NCBI RefSeq assembly: GCF_018977255.1
Contig: NW_024704743.1
Coordinates: forward strand, 106,332,001 to 106,396,000
DNA: 64,000 nucleotides
DNA from: Callorhinchus milii
Lineage: Eukaryota
Direction of reading: 5' to 3'
Part shown: positions 35,610 to 49,300 of the stretch, one piece after another
How the letters are laid out: every line of letters begins with the position of its first letter
How positions within the stretch are numbered: position 1 is the stretch's first letter
Notes under the pieces: generated by a model
The model's input: the letters and a program-made list of their open reading frames with translations, nothing else
What the model was told of the DNA's origin: nothing
The model's database searches: none
Program-made: the position numbers and the translations under genes

Positions 35610-38600
35610 AAAAAGGTTTGATTGGATAAATGGCAGATTATTTTCACGAGTTGATGGAACCACAAAAGCGGAAATATTTTGTGAGATCACAAGGGAATTG
35701 ATTACAAGAACATTTTTATCCAAAGGGTTATATGAATGCATAATTATTATCAGAACAGGCTTCTGAAGCTGGAACAATAGAATTTCCAATTGGAAAAGCA
35801 CCGGAGCAGTAGAAATGACCTCCTGTGCTTGTGTGATTGTATGAGAAGTAGCCAGGTTCACCAATGTTGCAGATTAATTGAGAGGATGCTTGTGTTTCAT
35901 TGACATCACAAAATTTTTCATTTGTATGTATGTTGTGTCTCCTGAGGCATTTTTTGGAAGTTTCCCCTTTGGCTGAATTGCTTCATTTGTAACCTATTTT
36001 ACCACAACATAGATTTCAGGAACTTCAGTTGATTCCAAAAAGTTTTTTCCAGTTCTGTTATCTAATTGGGTTGATTTATTGTCACATTTATTATAAATTA
36101 ATAATAATCTTGCATTTGATATATGCACTTTTCACGTCTTCTAGAAGTCTCAAAACGCTTCACAGAATATACTGTAAAGGGAATTGACTGTATATTTGTG
36201 GATGAAATGCGAAAATTCTAGTAGTCGCGGCATACAAGGAGGCCATTCAGCTCAGCAGTCCTAAAGTGGTGCTCGCTCATTTACTGAAGTTAATTCCTCT
36301 AATCCCAAATCGCTATTGTGCTCCAAAATTGCTAAAAGATTTTTTTTATAAAATCAATTTTGTCAACCTCTAAAATTTCCGCAAAACTCGAGAAGAAATC
36401 AGTTAATAAAACAAGGTTTTGTTGGAGAGAAGCCATTTTGCAGTTTGAAGGTGTAGGGTAAAGGGGAATACACTGCACTTCACACAGTAGCCTATATTGG
36501 AATTTTCTTTTCAGTGCTGGCTCTCAAACATCCGCTGATGTTGTACTATGTTGTCAGTGAAGTTAAACAGATTCAGCTTTCAGCTTACTCAATTGATCAT
36601 TATACAGTTGTACAAACATGCAAGATATGCAGTAGCATCACTACAAATTAAAGTAGGTTTCTTTGCAAATTTAATTAATAACTGGAAATGTATTTGGAGC
36701 TATTGGAAAAATAGCAAATTACACCTCATACTTTGTTTTCATTATGAATGAACAGGACTGTATTTTCAGTTTTATAACATGTATTTTTAGAATTGTTTTT
36801 TAAAATTAGGCATTGAAATTTTCCCCACCCTTGCAGGTAATCATTGTGAAGCTGAATGACAGATTCATTAAATTTAATAGTAAATCTGGGCACGGTTTGT
36901 GATCCGTTTCTTGGATACCTTTGGGTACTTGTTGAATGAAACTTCCATCCACGTGTGAATCTCCTAGTAGTTTGATTCAGATACTCTTAAGCAGGCTACT
37001 GGGGTTCCGCGCGTATGAGAAGCATGGCTGAGCAAAAGAAAATGGAGGAACAGAAGTTTCTCATGTTTGTCTACAAAAACGATTGTGACATGATAAGATG
37101 CTAAAACAATAGCAAAAGTTCTTAAAAATACCGTGCTTCAACAATCTTGACTTGACTCATTCTACATACTCTGCAGAAATGTAACCAGTTATATTTGAAT
37201 TTTTTGTAAAAAGTATGTTTAATTATGACTCGCCTTCAAACTTCAGAAAGCTCTCTTTTAGCACCTTAGCAAAATGAGTGTCAAATGACTTATTATTGCA
37301 ACTAAACAGTAGTGTGTATTGGTACTAAAAGTAGCAAATATATGGGCCATATTACTAAAGCAAATCAAAGGTCTGGGTGTGAAGTGTTGTTCCATTAAAC
37401 AGTAGCAGATGTGTTTCTGACATGATTTTATGACAAAGATTGACCCAGTGGAGTGCAGTGACCCACCAAAAAAAACTGTATGCAATAAGACTTGATCCTA
37501 CCTTCCATGAAGGCGAATGGGAAGAAAGAAGTGGGAAACCAATAAAAATCTATTTTCAGTCAATAGCTGGAGCAGGTAAAGTAACATAATTGAACTGACT
37601 AGAGAAACAATAGGGAAGAGATTGAAGTTAAAAATGGCAGCCCCGTTATAACGTGCCATACGATAGGGTAAATTCACTTAATTTGACTGGACCATGGATT
37701 CCAATCACTGCGTCTGTGTACAGCAGCCCACTCGCTTCCAGGTAATATGTTGCTCACAGCATCACTTTGTGTTGTGAGTGTGCACAGCAAACGGGAAGTG
37801 ACGTTGACGATGACACAATGATCACTTTTCAAACAAAGGTCAACCACTAATAATAATAATAATAATAATAATTACAGTCAATTCACTTTACAGTATATTC
37901 TGTGAGGCGCTTTGAGATGTCTTTGAGACCACTTTTTCTTTGCAGTACATTTCTCAGGGCTGGCACACAGGAAGTGAACCGGCTGATTGCACTCCTGCAC
38001 AATCAAACGGACTATCACACCTTGTTACAGTGTGGGTGGGGTGGAATGTTGTAGATCCCAAACACAGGGATCCACTTACTTAGTTTATATTTTATTTTGA
38101 GCTGAGTTTATATCGTTTATTCTAGTAGTTTAAAGCTAAAATTAACAGTGGTAATGCTACTCCAGATGTTTCTTCCGGTGTCCTGGCCAACAATCCCCCC
38201 AAATAAAAATTGGTCTTGCACACCATGGCTGTTTGTTGTGACATTGCTGTGTGCAAATTGGCTGCCACTTTTGCCCACAAAACACACAGTCACGCCAATT
38301 AACAGTAAATCTTGTGAAGCGCTTTAGGACATCCTTGTGAAATGCTTTATACTATATGCAAGAAAAGCTGTGGGTTCAAGCCTCACGTCGGGTCTCTGAA
38401 CATTCGTAGTCTAGAATGGCAATCCAGTGCAGTCCTGGGGGAACAGTCAGATCCGCCATCCAGTCATAGCGTAAGAAACACATGCAGTTTTGACACAGCT
38501 ATGAACCAATCCGCGCTAAGCCATTCTATTGGTTTATGATTGTTTTTGTAACTTGCATTTTGCTACTTGTAGGTTTTACGGTAAATGGAGCCCTTCAAGG

Positions 38601-40385
38601 GGCTTCATAGAATGTTACAGTACAGAACTGGGTGATTTTGCCCAAATCTCTTTTTCTCCATGTAAATAGAAAGGAAATAATAGAAGGCCCAGAAACTCAT
38701 CCATTCATTCTACTGTTTGATCAATCTTGCACCTCCCACCCAATATTCTTAGCCACCTGATCTGAACCCATTCTCTTGCTCGCTCTCCGCACCCTTTACC
38801 ATTTATCTTTTTTAACTGTCTCCATTCCTTTTAAAAATAATTTATGAACTCTTGTCTCCACAATGATGATGATACAACAGCCACGGAAATTAGGTTTCCA
38901 CTAGATATTTTTTCCCAGTAAAACATGTGTTCAGAAGTCATATGAGTGTTTCCTCACTATTTGTTTTGTACAGTACGGAAAGAGGAAGTATCGGTCAAGT
39001 AAATATAGACAAGAACCTCTGTCGTGCAATTCTCAGTGGACATGAAGGTTGTTAGTCAGGCGTGATGGTTATGAAAAACAACGTATTTACTGTGCACATT
39101 GATTTTGCTCACTTTCCAAACAGATTAAAATTCAGTGAATGATTGATGCTGTTCTTCACACCCTCTTTTTCCATACCTTACATTTTATGAACCGATTCAG
39201 GTCATGGGACAATAAATCCAGTCAGTCCTGGCCTATCTACAATCATTTATTTTTGCACAGGGTGATCAAACCTGCTTTGTCTGGATTTCAGAGGAAATTC
39301 TTAAGGGTTAGCGGGTTAGCACTCAGCAGGGGGTTCATTTTGCCTGAAGGCTGGCTTCTGAAAATCTTTTACCACAATGTGCAGTTGAAGTTTCGGGCAT
39401 GCAGAGTGATAATATTTATCAGGATTTTACCCTCTTCTATCGGCCACTCTTCCCCCCCCCCATGATAAGCTTTGGGATTTGTTGAGGAACACTGACATGA
39501 ACTTTGAAAACGATGTGTTTCAGTCGGCAGAAAACATCCAGTATCAATCGCTATTACTGAGAGAAAATAGCAGTCTTGCACACATAACACCTGTTAATCA
39601 TTGCACTGCCACAAGAAATTAAAAATCTAAGCAAAACAGGAACTTGAATAAAGATAACCTATAATTTTTTTCCAATTAAAAAAAGGTTTTTTTTTATAGC
39701 GTGTTTGTACTTAAGGAGAGGAAGGTATTGTCCAAGGTACAGTCCAAGAGTTAGGAGTTTAGAAGGCTCCTAAAAGCAAAGGATATTGGGAGAGAGTTCA
39801 TGAGAAAGATAGTCGGCATTGTGGTTGAAAGGTTGCTCTTCAGTGATGGGAATTGTACAGTGGGGCAGTTTCCAGATGAGATGGAGTGAGTGGAAGATTG
39901 GGGCTGGGGGATTTTGCACAGTAGGTGATTTGGGGGAGGCAAGAGCATAAAGACATTTGAAAGTCAGAATGAGAAAAGGCATGATAATTTGATTACACTG
40001 TCTAGAAGGCAATATAGGCAGAATCAATCAAGATATTTGAAAGGGATATATAGCTACACATACACAAACATACATACATAAATACAAGTTAGCCTTGTAT
40101 GTCAACTTATAACTCCACTGAAATTAAACTCAATATCTTCTGTTGTGAGTTCTGAGCTACACATGAAGTAGCTCGTGTATGTGCCAAATCTGAGAATTGA
40201 GTCTTTTCTACAGAAATCTTGTTTAACTAAATAATCCTCGCAGTTGAAATAGGCTATTCACATCAGGAGGATGGCTTAAAGTGCTTCAAAAGATTTGCTA
40301 CAAAGTTTTGTGACTGGCAGCCGATATACGCGGCAGCCAATTTGAGTACAGCAATGTCCCACAAAAAGTCATGAATTGAATGAAC

Positions 40386-41000
40386 CACAACAAATAACAT
40401 TTGTATAGCGCCTTTCACGTAGGGGGTATGTCCCAAGGTGCTGGACAGTCAGGGATTTCGACCCAAGCAGGGGGTTGGTATCGGGTGTAGAGAGCAGAGT
40501 GGGTAGGAGGGTGGAGAAGGGTCTTGATACGTCCCTTGAAGGAGGCAAGGGAGGAAGTGAGGTCAAGGGACTGGGATGGAGTTCCAGGGGGTGAGACCAG
40601 TAAGGCTGAAGATTTGACTGCCGATAGTGGAGCAGGCAAGAACCTGCTGAGCGGAGGGAGCTGACAGGTTGATATGGGGTTAGCAGGTCACAGAGGTAGG
40701 AAGGGGCAAGGCCGTGGAGGGCCTTGAAGGCAAGGACAAGGATTTTGTACTTTCTCCTCTGGGGGATGGGGAACCGGGGGAGGGTGGGGGTGATGGGGTC
40801 ATAGAGCCTGGTGCGGGAGAGGACACAAGCTGCAGAGTTCTGGATGATCTATAGCTTATGGAGGGAAGCTTTAGGAAGGCTGACAAGCAGAGAGTTGGCC
40901 TAGTTGACACTAGATGTGATAAATGCATGGGTGAGGGTTTTGGCAGCCTGACGGGAGAGGCAGTGGTGGAGCTGGGCGGTGTTGCAGAGGTGGGGGATGA
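40386..41000 (-). mobile_element. L2 3' fragment, decayed
   Basis: L2 tail at about 40386-40445 and ORF2 C-terminal remnants similar to the adjacent young copy. Confidence 0.8.
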
Positions 41001-41267
41001 CCAACTTTATTTCGGGAACTGTGGCCAGGAAATCAGGAAAAAATTACCTTCACTTTTCGAATAGTGTCATTGGATCTTTAACCCCATCTGAATAGGTAGT
41101 TGGGACTACGGTTTAACGTCTCATCCGAAGGACGTTAACCCCAATAATGCATTGAAATGTCAGACTAGACTTTATGTTAATAACTTTTCTCACAAAGCAG
41201 AGACTAGCTATCAATCCCCCAAGATGTGTTGCTGCTTTATAACACACTCCAGACTATGTTCTGCTAT

Positions 41268-43320
41268 ACAACAACAACAAGATTCCATTTATAGAGCGCC
41301 TTTCACGTCAGGAGGACGTCCCAAGGCGCTGCACAGTTGGGTCATGACCCGAGCAGGGGGGAAATGGTCAGGGTGAGGGGAGGGAAGGGAGGGAGCGAGG
41401 AGGGGGGAAATGGTCAGGGTGAGGGGAGGGAAGGGAGGGAGAGAGGAGGGGGGAAATGGTCAGGGTGAGGGGAGGGAAGGGAGGGAGGGAGCGAGGAGGA
41501 GGAAGAGAGTCGAGAGGGGAGCTGAAGGCACGGTCAAAGAGAAAGGTTTTGAGACCGGCCTTGAAGGAGGAAAGGGAGGAAGCAAGGCGAAGGCACTGGG
41601 GGATGGAGTTCCAGAGCCTGGGGGCTGAGAGGCTGAAGGCCCGACCACCGATAGTAGGGCGGTTGGGGCGGGGGACGTGGAGCAGACCGGAGCCAGAGGA
41701 ACGGAGGGTACGGGCAGGTAGGTAGGGGGATAGTAGGTTGGAGAGGTAGGAGGGAGCAAGGCCGTGAATGGCCTTGTAGGTGAGGATGAGGATCTTGAAA
41801 TCAATCCTCTGGGGGATGGGGAGCCAGTGGAGGCGAGCGAGGGTGGGAGTGATGTGATCGCGAAGCCTGGTGCGGGACAGTACACGAGCTGCAGAGTTCT
41901 GAATGACCTGCAGCTTGTGGAGGGAGGTGGCGGGAAGGCCGGCGAGGAGAGAGTTCCCATAGTCCAGCCTTGAGGTGACAAAGGCGTGAACCAGGGTTTC
42001 AGCGGCGTGAGGGGTGAGGTAGTGCCGTAATCTGGCGATATTCCGGAGGTGATGGAAGGCGGTGCCAGTTGTGGTGCGGATGTGAGGGAGAAAGGACAGC
42101 TCAGGGTCGAACAAAACGCCGAGGTTCCTGACTGGCTTTGAGAGGTGGAGAGTGCAGCCTTGGATGCTGATGGTGTCAGCGCCTGAGGTGCGGAGGCGCT
42201 GACGTGAGCCAATCAGGAGGGCCTCGGTTTTTCGCACGTTGAGCTGAAGAAAGTTGTCTCTCGTCCAGGACTCGATGTCGGACAGGCAGGCTGTCAGGAC
42301 ATCGGTGGTCGTGGAGTTGAGAGTAGAGGAGGAAAGGTAGAGTTGGGTGTCATCCGCATACATGTGGAAGTTAACCCCATGTTTGCGGATGATGTCACCA
42401 AGGGGGAGCATATAGAGGGTGAAGAGGAGGGGACCGAGGACAGAGCCCTGAGGGACACCACATGAGACAGTACGGGGGGTGGAGGAGAAGCCATTCGTTG
42501 AGACGAAGTGAAGACGGTGGGAAAGGTAAGAGCTAAACCATTCAAGGACAGTGCCTTGAAGGTTGAGGTGGGAGGACAAGCGGTGGAGTAGGATAGCGTG
42601 GTCGACCGTATCGAATGCTGCCGATAGGTCGAGGAGGACGAGGAGACAGAGGGAGCCCTGGTCACAGATGGTCAGGATATCATTGGTGACCTTGACCAGG
42701 GCAGTTTCTGTGCTATGAGCAGCACGGAAACCTGACTGAAGGGGTTCGAAAAGAGAATGGGTGGAGAGGAAAGAGCGCAGTTGGGAGGCGACAACTCTTT
42801 CCAAGACCTTGGAGAGAAAGGGGAGGTTGGAGATGGGCCGGTAGCTTGATAGCTGCGACGCATCAAGGGAGGGTTTTTTCAGGGTGGGCGTGATGATGGC
42901 AGTTTTTAATGGAATGGGGACAGAGCCAGAGGAGAGGGACAGGTTTATGATGTCAGTGATGTGTGGGGCAAGAAAATGGAGCTGGGAGATGTGGAGTGGG
43001 GATGGGGTCAAGGGAGCAGGTGGTTGGTTTTAGGGATAGGATGAGTTCAGTGACAGAGGGTGGGGAAACGGGTACGAAGGTGTGTAGGGGAGGATGGGTA
43101 GGAGTCGGAGTGTGGGAGGGAAGGGGTGGGTGGTGGGTGGAAGTTGGAGGGGAAGTGACCGCGGAGCGGATTCCCTTGATCTTGGATTCAAGGAAATCCA
43201 GCATCTCCTCGCAGTGAAGGTTGGAGGAGATGACCTGCGCGGGGTGGCGGGGGGGACGGAGGAGTCGGGATGTGGTGGAAAACAGTAGCCTGGGGTTGTT
43301 CTTCGCCTCCAGGATTATCC
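41268..43320 (-). mobile_element. Young 5'-truncated L2 LINE with an uninterrupted RT frame
   Basis: ORF 41368..43011 (547 aa): [51 protein letters not shown]. CpGs are retained; one frameshift near 43000; no endonuclease domain; (TTG)n tail. Confidence 0.95.
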
Positions 43321-44658
43321 TATATACTGTAATATATACACTTCTAACAAAACCAAAGCTTTGTTAATAACAAAACGATCAGGAAGTTGTTTCTGGAATG
43401 TCCCTGAGTGATAAGTCGCCAGAGTATTTTTATTTATAGGAATATTCCTTCCTAAATGCCCTCCAAATTCTTAATATTTACTGTAGTAATAAAGGTTGGC
43501 CAAAATCGTATGTGCAAAACTTAATGTAGTTTTAAGACTAAAGGTTGTACTTTAGATATCTTATTGGGTTCCACCAAAGTCCAGGTGTTGGGAGGTACGT
43601 CATCTTTACTGTCACACTTCTCATATTCAGTCCTGTTCCAGCAATACTTCTACTAACTGCTGGTAATTTATATGCTTTGTCAAATCAGTTTTAAAAACAT
43701 GTGGTCAGCTGGCTGTCAACTAATTTAGCAGTAAGCCACTCACTAAGTGATCAGCATTTAAATTATCTGTTTAAATAACAACCTGTTTAATGAATGGAAC
43801 TGCTGTTAATTTGAGCTACAGTTTACTTTTCGCTGCTGTTTCACAGTTTAATGCACATTACACACCAGCTCCAATTGTGTTGTTAACTGGCTGTTTTACA
43901 ATGTTACTTGCACTTGGCAGATTGTGGCATTCTATATGTTTACTTTGCTTTCTACAACACACTAACTTGTATTACAGACTCTCTCCACAATAAACCTACA
44001 AGTGTTTGCCTCGCTCTTGAGTGTTAATATTGTTTTTATATACTGGCTGTTTTCCTCAGCTTCCTGCTTTTAACCTCAGTTTCTGGACACACTTGTTCCC
44101 GACACTGAGGGGGGACGGTGAGATTCCTCGCTTTAATGAAAAATAAAACAATGAAGAAAGCCAGGCAGCAGTGGTTTGACTTGGGTTACAAAACATTTAT
44201 CAGTTAGCAGATTGATTTGATCTGTGAGAAATAACTCCTGGTAAATTCCTGGGAAAATGTGGTTCTGCTTCTGTGTTTCCTTACTCTTCACTCTTCCATC
44301 TTGTACCTGTTGTCCAAAGCATCATCAGTGCTAGTTTTCAGTCACAATGTCCCCCTCTCTGAAGCTTTTTCCCCAAATCCTTTTGCCAAGCACCTTCTGT
44401 CTCTGCATTCAAATACCCTCATTCGCCTATGAAATACATGGTCAATGCAGTTTGCAGTAAATCCTGTGAAAGACTTTAAGATGCACTCCTGATGTGAATG
44501 GTGCTATATCAAATGTAAGGATTATTATTACTTTTTGAAAATTCCCTGATCATTAGCCATTAGCATTAATTCCCCCCTCGCCCTGGGCTTGGTGACCCAT
44601 ATTGTCTTGTAAGTCCAAGTTGCTGTTATTATTGCAGAAGTTTTCTCTTTTTCTGTGA

Positions 44659-44852
<194 letters not shown>

Positions 44853-45799
44853 ACCTTTTTACTTTTGAGAGGCATGCTGTTCATTTCTATCAGAGCTGTT
44901 GTTCATTATTGTTTGCCTCGTGGCTTACTGCTAAATTAAACTTGGAAAGCACACACAACATGATGCATTAATTGAAAAGGAAACATTCTTTTACTTTCCC
45001 AGGTTATGTTTGAGAAGCTCATGACATAATTCACTTCAACTTGTATTTTATTTTACTCAAACTATATTTCAACCCCCTTCAGTCTTGGCTTAGGGTTCTA
45101 TTGATAAAGGGTGACCTCTGGTATTGCATCGAAATAAATGACTTCTTAATGTGTGATACTTGACAGTGAGTTATTAGATGATGTTAGATTGCTGTCTTCA
45201 CCTAACACATATACACATACCACAAACACACACATACAGGGTTAGGGTGTGGATTATTAGATAAACTTCCTAGTCTGCACAACTCAGCCACACAAAATGC
45301 TTCAGAGAAAACAACATTAATATAGTTGTGGCAGGTGTTAACCAAATAGACAAAAACAGACTGAGAAAAAAAAATCCTATGATTCCAGTTTGCATTGGGG
45401 AACCTTGTAAGAAGCAACGAAAGTGGAATGAGTTTACTGAAGTTATTTATTTATAATAATCCCTGCATTTCATATAGCGCCTTATCACGGCATCAAAACA
45501 TCCCAAAGTACTATGGATTTTCAACAGAATGTAGTGACTGTGTACGTTATAGACTTTATTAGACTACATACTGTAATACCGGCTTTTCACATATACGACA
45601 TTGTGTTTACCTACAAATACACGGTCACTGCACTATACAGGAAAATCCTGTGAAACACTTTGATGTTTTGAAAATATGATAAGGTTCTATATCAAATGTG
45701 AGGATTATTATTATGCACAACCATGGCTTATCTGTTGTCTCAGTTTATCAACTCTTTAATAAACCTGCTGAGATGCACTTTGACATTCTATTCAATTTA

Positions 45800-46355
45800 C
45801 AACAACAACTTGCACTTATATGGTGCCTGTCACACAGGGTTCTGTCTCAGAGCGCTTAACAGTGGTGGAGCCTGACTGAGCTGGGGGGAGGGGGAGGTGG
45901 CCGTGAGCACGGTCGAAGAGGAAAGTCTTCAGGCAGGACTTGAAAGAGGGGAGAGATGGGGCAAGGCAGAGGGATTGAGGGAGAAGGTTCCAGAGTTTTG
46001 GGGTGTAGTGGCTGAAAGCGTGACCTCCGATGGTGGAGCGGAGGGTGCGAGGGTCGAGCAGGAGGCCAGTGCCAGTCAAGCGGAGGCACCAGGTGGTGGA
46101 TTGGGGAGTGAGGAGGTTGGAGAGATAGGGAGGTGCCAGAGAGTGAAAGGATTTGAACACACATGAGGATCTTGAAGTCGATCCGTTTGGTGATGGGGAG
46201 CCAGTGGAGCCTGGCCAGAGCTGGTGAGATGTGGTCCTGGTCGGTATGCGGGCTGCTGAGTTTTGAATGAGCTGGATCTTTTGAATGGTGGAGCTGAGGA
46301 GAACCACGAGGAGTGTATTGGAATAATCCAAGTGGGAGGTGACAAACGCATGCAC
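45800..46355 (-). mobile_element. L2 3' fragment
   Basis: VHAFVTSHLDYSN...IQNSAAR...LKTFLFDRA and (TTG)n tail. Confidence 0.85.
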
Positions 46356-49300
46356 TTTATTCAAAGCCTGTAATGTTGAAGAGTTTTATTAAAGAATTGC
46401 ATTTATATCACTTAACTCCTAAATCAAACACTTATGCAAGGGTTAATATTATTGTTTTATTGAATGTACAGAAACATTACAAACTTTCTGTATTTATAGT
46501 TGAATGTAATGGGGTGTTTTTGAACATGCTCCATTATGTAGAGAATCTGGAAGTCAACTGGAATATAACATGGAAAAGGCACATTTTTAACCCTAAGAAT
46601 CAGAAGGGTGAATCAATAGATTATTATGAGATCGGATTTAAGAAATAAAGTGGTCAGATGCTACCTGATTAATTTGATATTGTAACACCTAAGTGATCAA
46701 GTTAAGATTTCTGCATGAAAGCCACTATTACTGATAACTTTAGTATAATTCCATTGAAAGAGACAGAAACTTGTGCCAAAAGAAGCAAAATTTTCTGGAC
46801 CACAACTTGCCAATGTGTTAAATTAATATTAGATTGCTGTACATGTGGAAAGCAAAATCGCTGTGAAGAAGTTTGCCATTCCAAAGTCAAGCTGCAGTTC
46901 ATGAGAAAGTCACATGAAGTACCTTGGGGTAACATTTGAATTCTTCAAATTCCTCAAAGCACAAGGAAATTAAATTGAATAAAAGCAAGATTGGTTTGAA
47001 ATGGCTGACCAGAGCTCATCAGGATTTTATCTAAAATGTGGAGATTGGGGCAGCATGCAATCTGTCAACAGAAGTTGTCTGCAAGCAGATTAGCAAGCGA
47101 CCTAATGTGAGGATCAAAACCTAAATGAATTGCATGTAGAAGTCATAAAGTAAGTATTTTCAACTTTAATAGGAAATTTAGCCAGTGTCCCTTACGTGAT
47201 AGATGGAGAAATCTGCCTGAAATTGAAGCTGCTGAAAAATTATTTAAAGCACAAAACATAATATGTATCCCACATTACAATAAGATTCCCTACATTTAAT
47301 GTAGCACCTTTCATGATGGGAGAATGTCTCAAAGCGCTTCACAGGTAAGAAAAGAATAATGACTGTATTTTCTAGTGAACGTGGCAGGTAATTTGCAAAC
47401 AGGAATGTCCCACTGATATAGCGCTTTATTATGTCTTTGAGACATCTCAAAGTGCTTCACAGAATATACTGTAAAGTAAATTGACTGTATCTTTTGTGGC
47501 CAAAACAAAATTATGCTAAGCACAGAGTTTTTTAAGCTTTGGTGAAAACCCATCGAGAAAAATGTCTATTCCACAAAAAAAACTAATAACCGACAGCAGA
47601 GAGAAATACATTCATGAGCAATGCCTGTGTTTTGAAGTAGCCCATTAATACAGTCTCAGGTGTCTCTTGATCTACTATTAGCAGACGGTAAACAGTCCCT
47701 ATCCCTATTGGGTGCAGGTGTCCTGGTCTCCCCATTAACAGTGAATGAAGGAGTCTATAAAGTTACCCCGCCTGGAGGTGGAACAAATTAACATTGGCAC
47801 ATGACTAGCTGTTTGAAGGGAAACAAAGAAGGTAGGACCCATACATCCTTCTTAACAAGCCATAACCAAATCTGTTGCTTTCAATACATGGGACCACTTG
47901 ATAAAGTGGCTCTTGTTGGCTAATGAGATGTCATGGTCATGATTATAATTTAAAAAATGTATAATAATAATTCTTGCATTTGATATAATCCCTGTTATTT
48001 TGGTTAATAGTAAACAAATCAGTTTGGCTCAGTTGGTAATACTCTCACCTCTGGGCTAGACGATTGTTCAACCCCTACATTGAGTACTTGAGCTCATAGT
48101 CTAGACTGATACTCATGTAGCACTGCATTTTTGGAGGTGCTTGAAATAGATGTTTAAAGATTTCATGATACTATTTAAAGAGAGAGACAGTTTCTGGCAT
48201 TGTCCTGGCAATCAATCCACAAGCTAAATTGTTCATTCACTTTATGACTGATTGTGGGACATTGCTGTATGCAAATTGCTTGCTTTTATCTTAATTTTCT
48301 GCCTCTTGTTCATAGACAAATGCAGCAGATAAAATTACTCATTCACTTCATGGCTCTTTGTCGGATACTGTAGTGCACAAATGATTGTTATGTACGCCTA
48401 TAAAATACTGCAGTAACTCCTGTGAGATCTTTTGAGACTGTTTGTCACCCTCTTGTATTTTAATAATACAACTATAAAAATACAAGAATAATTACAAAAA
48501 AATTAAAATATTTAAAAAATAACAAGATAAATCTATTTCAGATAAATCTATTTCAATGATTCAATGCACATAATTCTATTTCAAAACACAGGCACTGCTA
48601 ATGAATGTATCTCTCTCTGCCAAAGGCTATTAGCTTTCCTTGTGTATGTTTTCACCAAATATTGTTTGAAAAACACTAACTTACACAACACTGTTTAAAA
48701 AAAAAGTATTTAAAATGTAATATAACTCAAGGCAACTTGTGGCAATCTACAAGTCTTGAGGACGTATCTCTCTTTCAGCTCATGATTTGGCTTGTTTTCT
48801 TTGCACAGATATGCAAACAAGTTTCTTTTCAACAGCTGCTACTGCATGTGTGTGCAGCAGAGATACAAGTTATTTTTTCCCCCAAATGAATAGTCATACA
48901 AAGCAGCTATTGACTGCCTCTTAGTGAAACTACTTGCCTCTTGGTGATGATTTTGTTTTCCGTTCTAGTGATGAGTAATAAGCCTGAGCATAGCCTTGTC
49001 AATTATAAAATATTTGTCCTCTGCCGAAGTTCTACTGCAGCCGTGGTAGTAGAAATGGACCAAACTTATTAGAAAGGAATTTTATTATTCATAATATAAA
49101 GTCATTCTTACATCAAAGTTTTAATGGTATTTTAAGCAAGGTATTGAGATAGCACCAAAGAACTAGTGCCCTATTGCATCTTCTTTTGGCAATTTATTGA
49201 ATTAGCTATATTATTGTCACTTCTATGTAGTACACTTCCAGTTTATGGAACTTCCGTTTTGTGACACAGCCTATTGGCTTCCTTTGGTGTTCTCGATTCA

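Noticed and set aside
40050..40185. Weak palindromic element
   Set aside because: The arms are too degenerate and CA-rich to support by eye.
41368..43011. Host gene or novel RT system encoded by the 547-aa ORF
   Set aside because: Standard L2 ORF2 with homologous decayed copies in the window, an upstream frameshift and a LINE tail; no partner genes.
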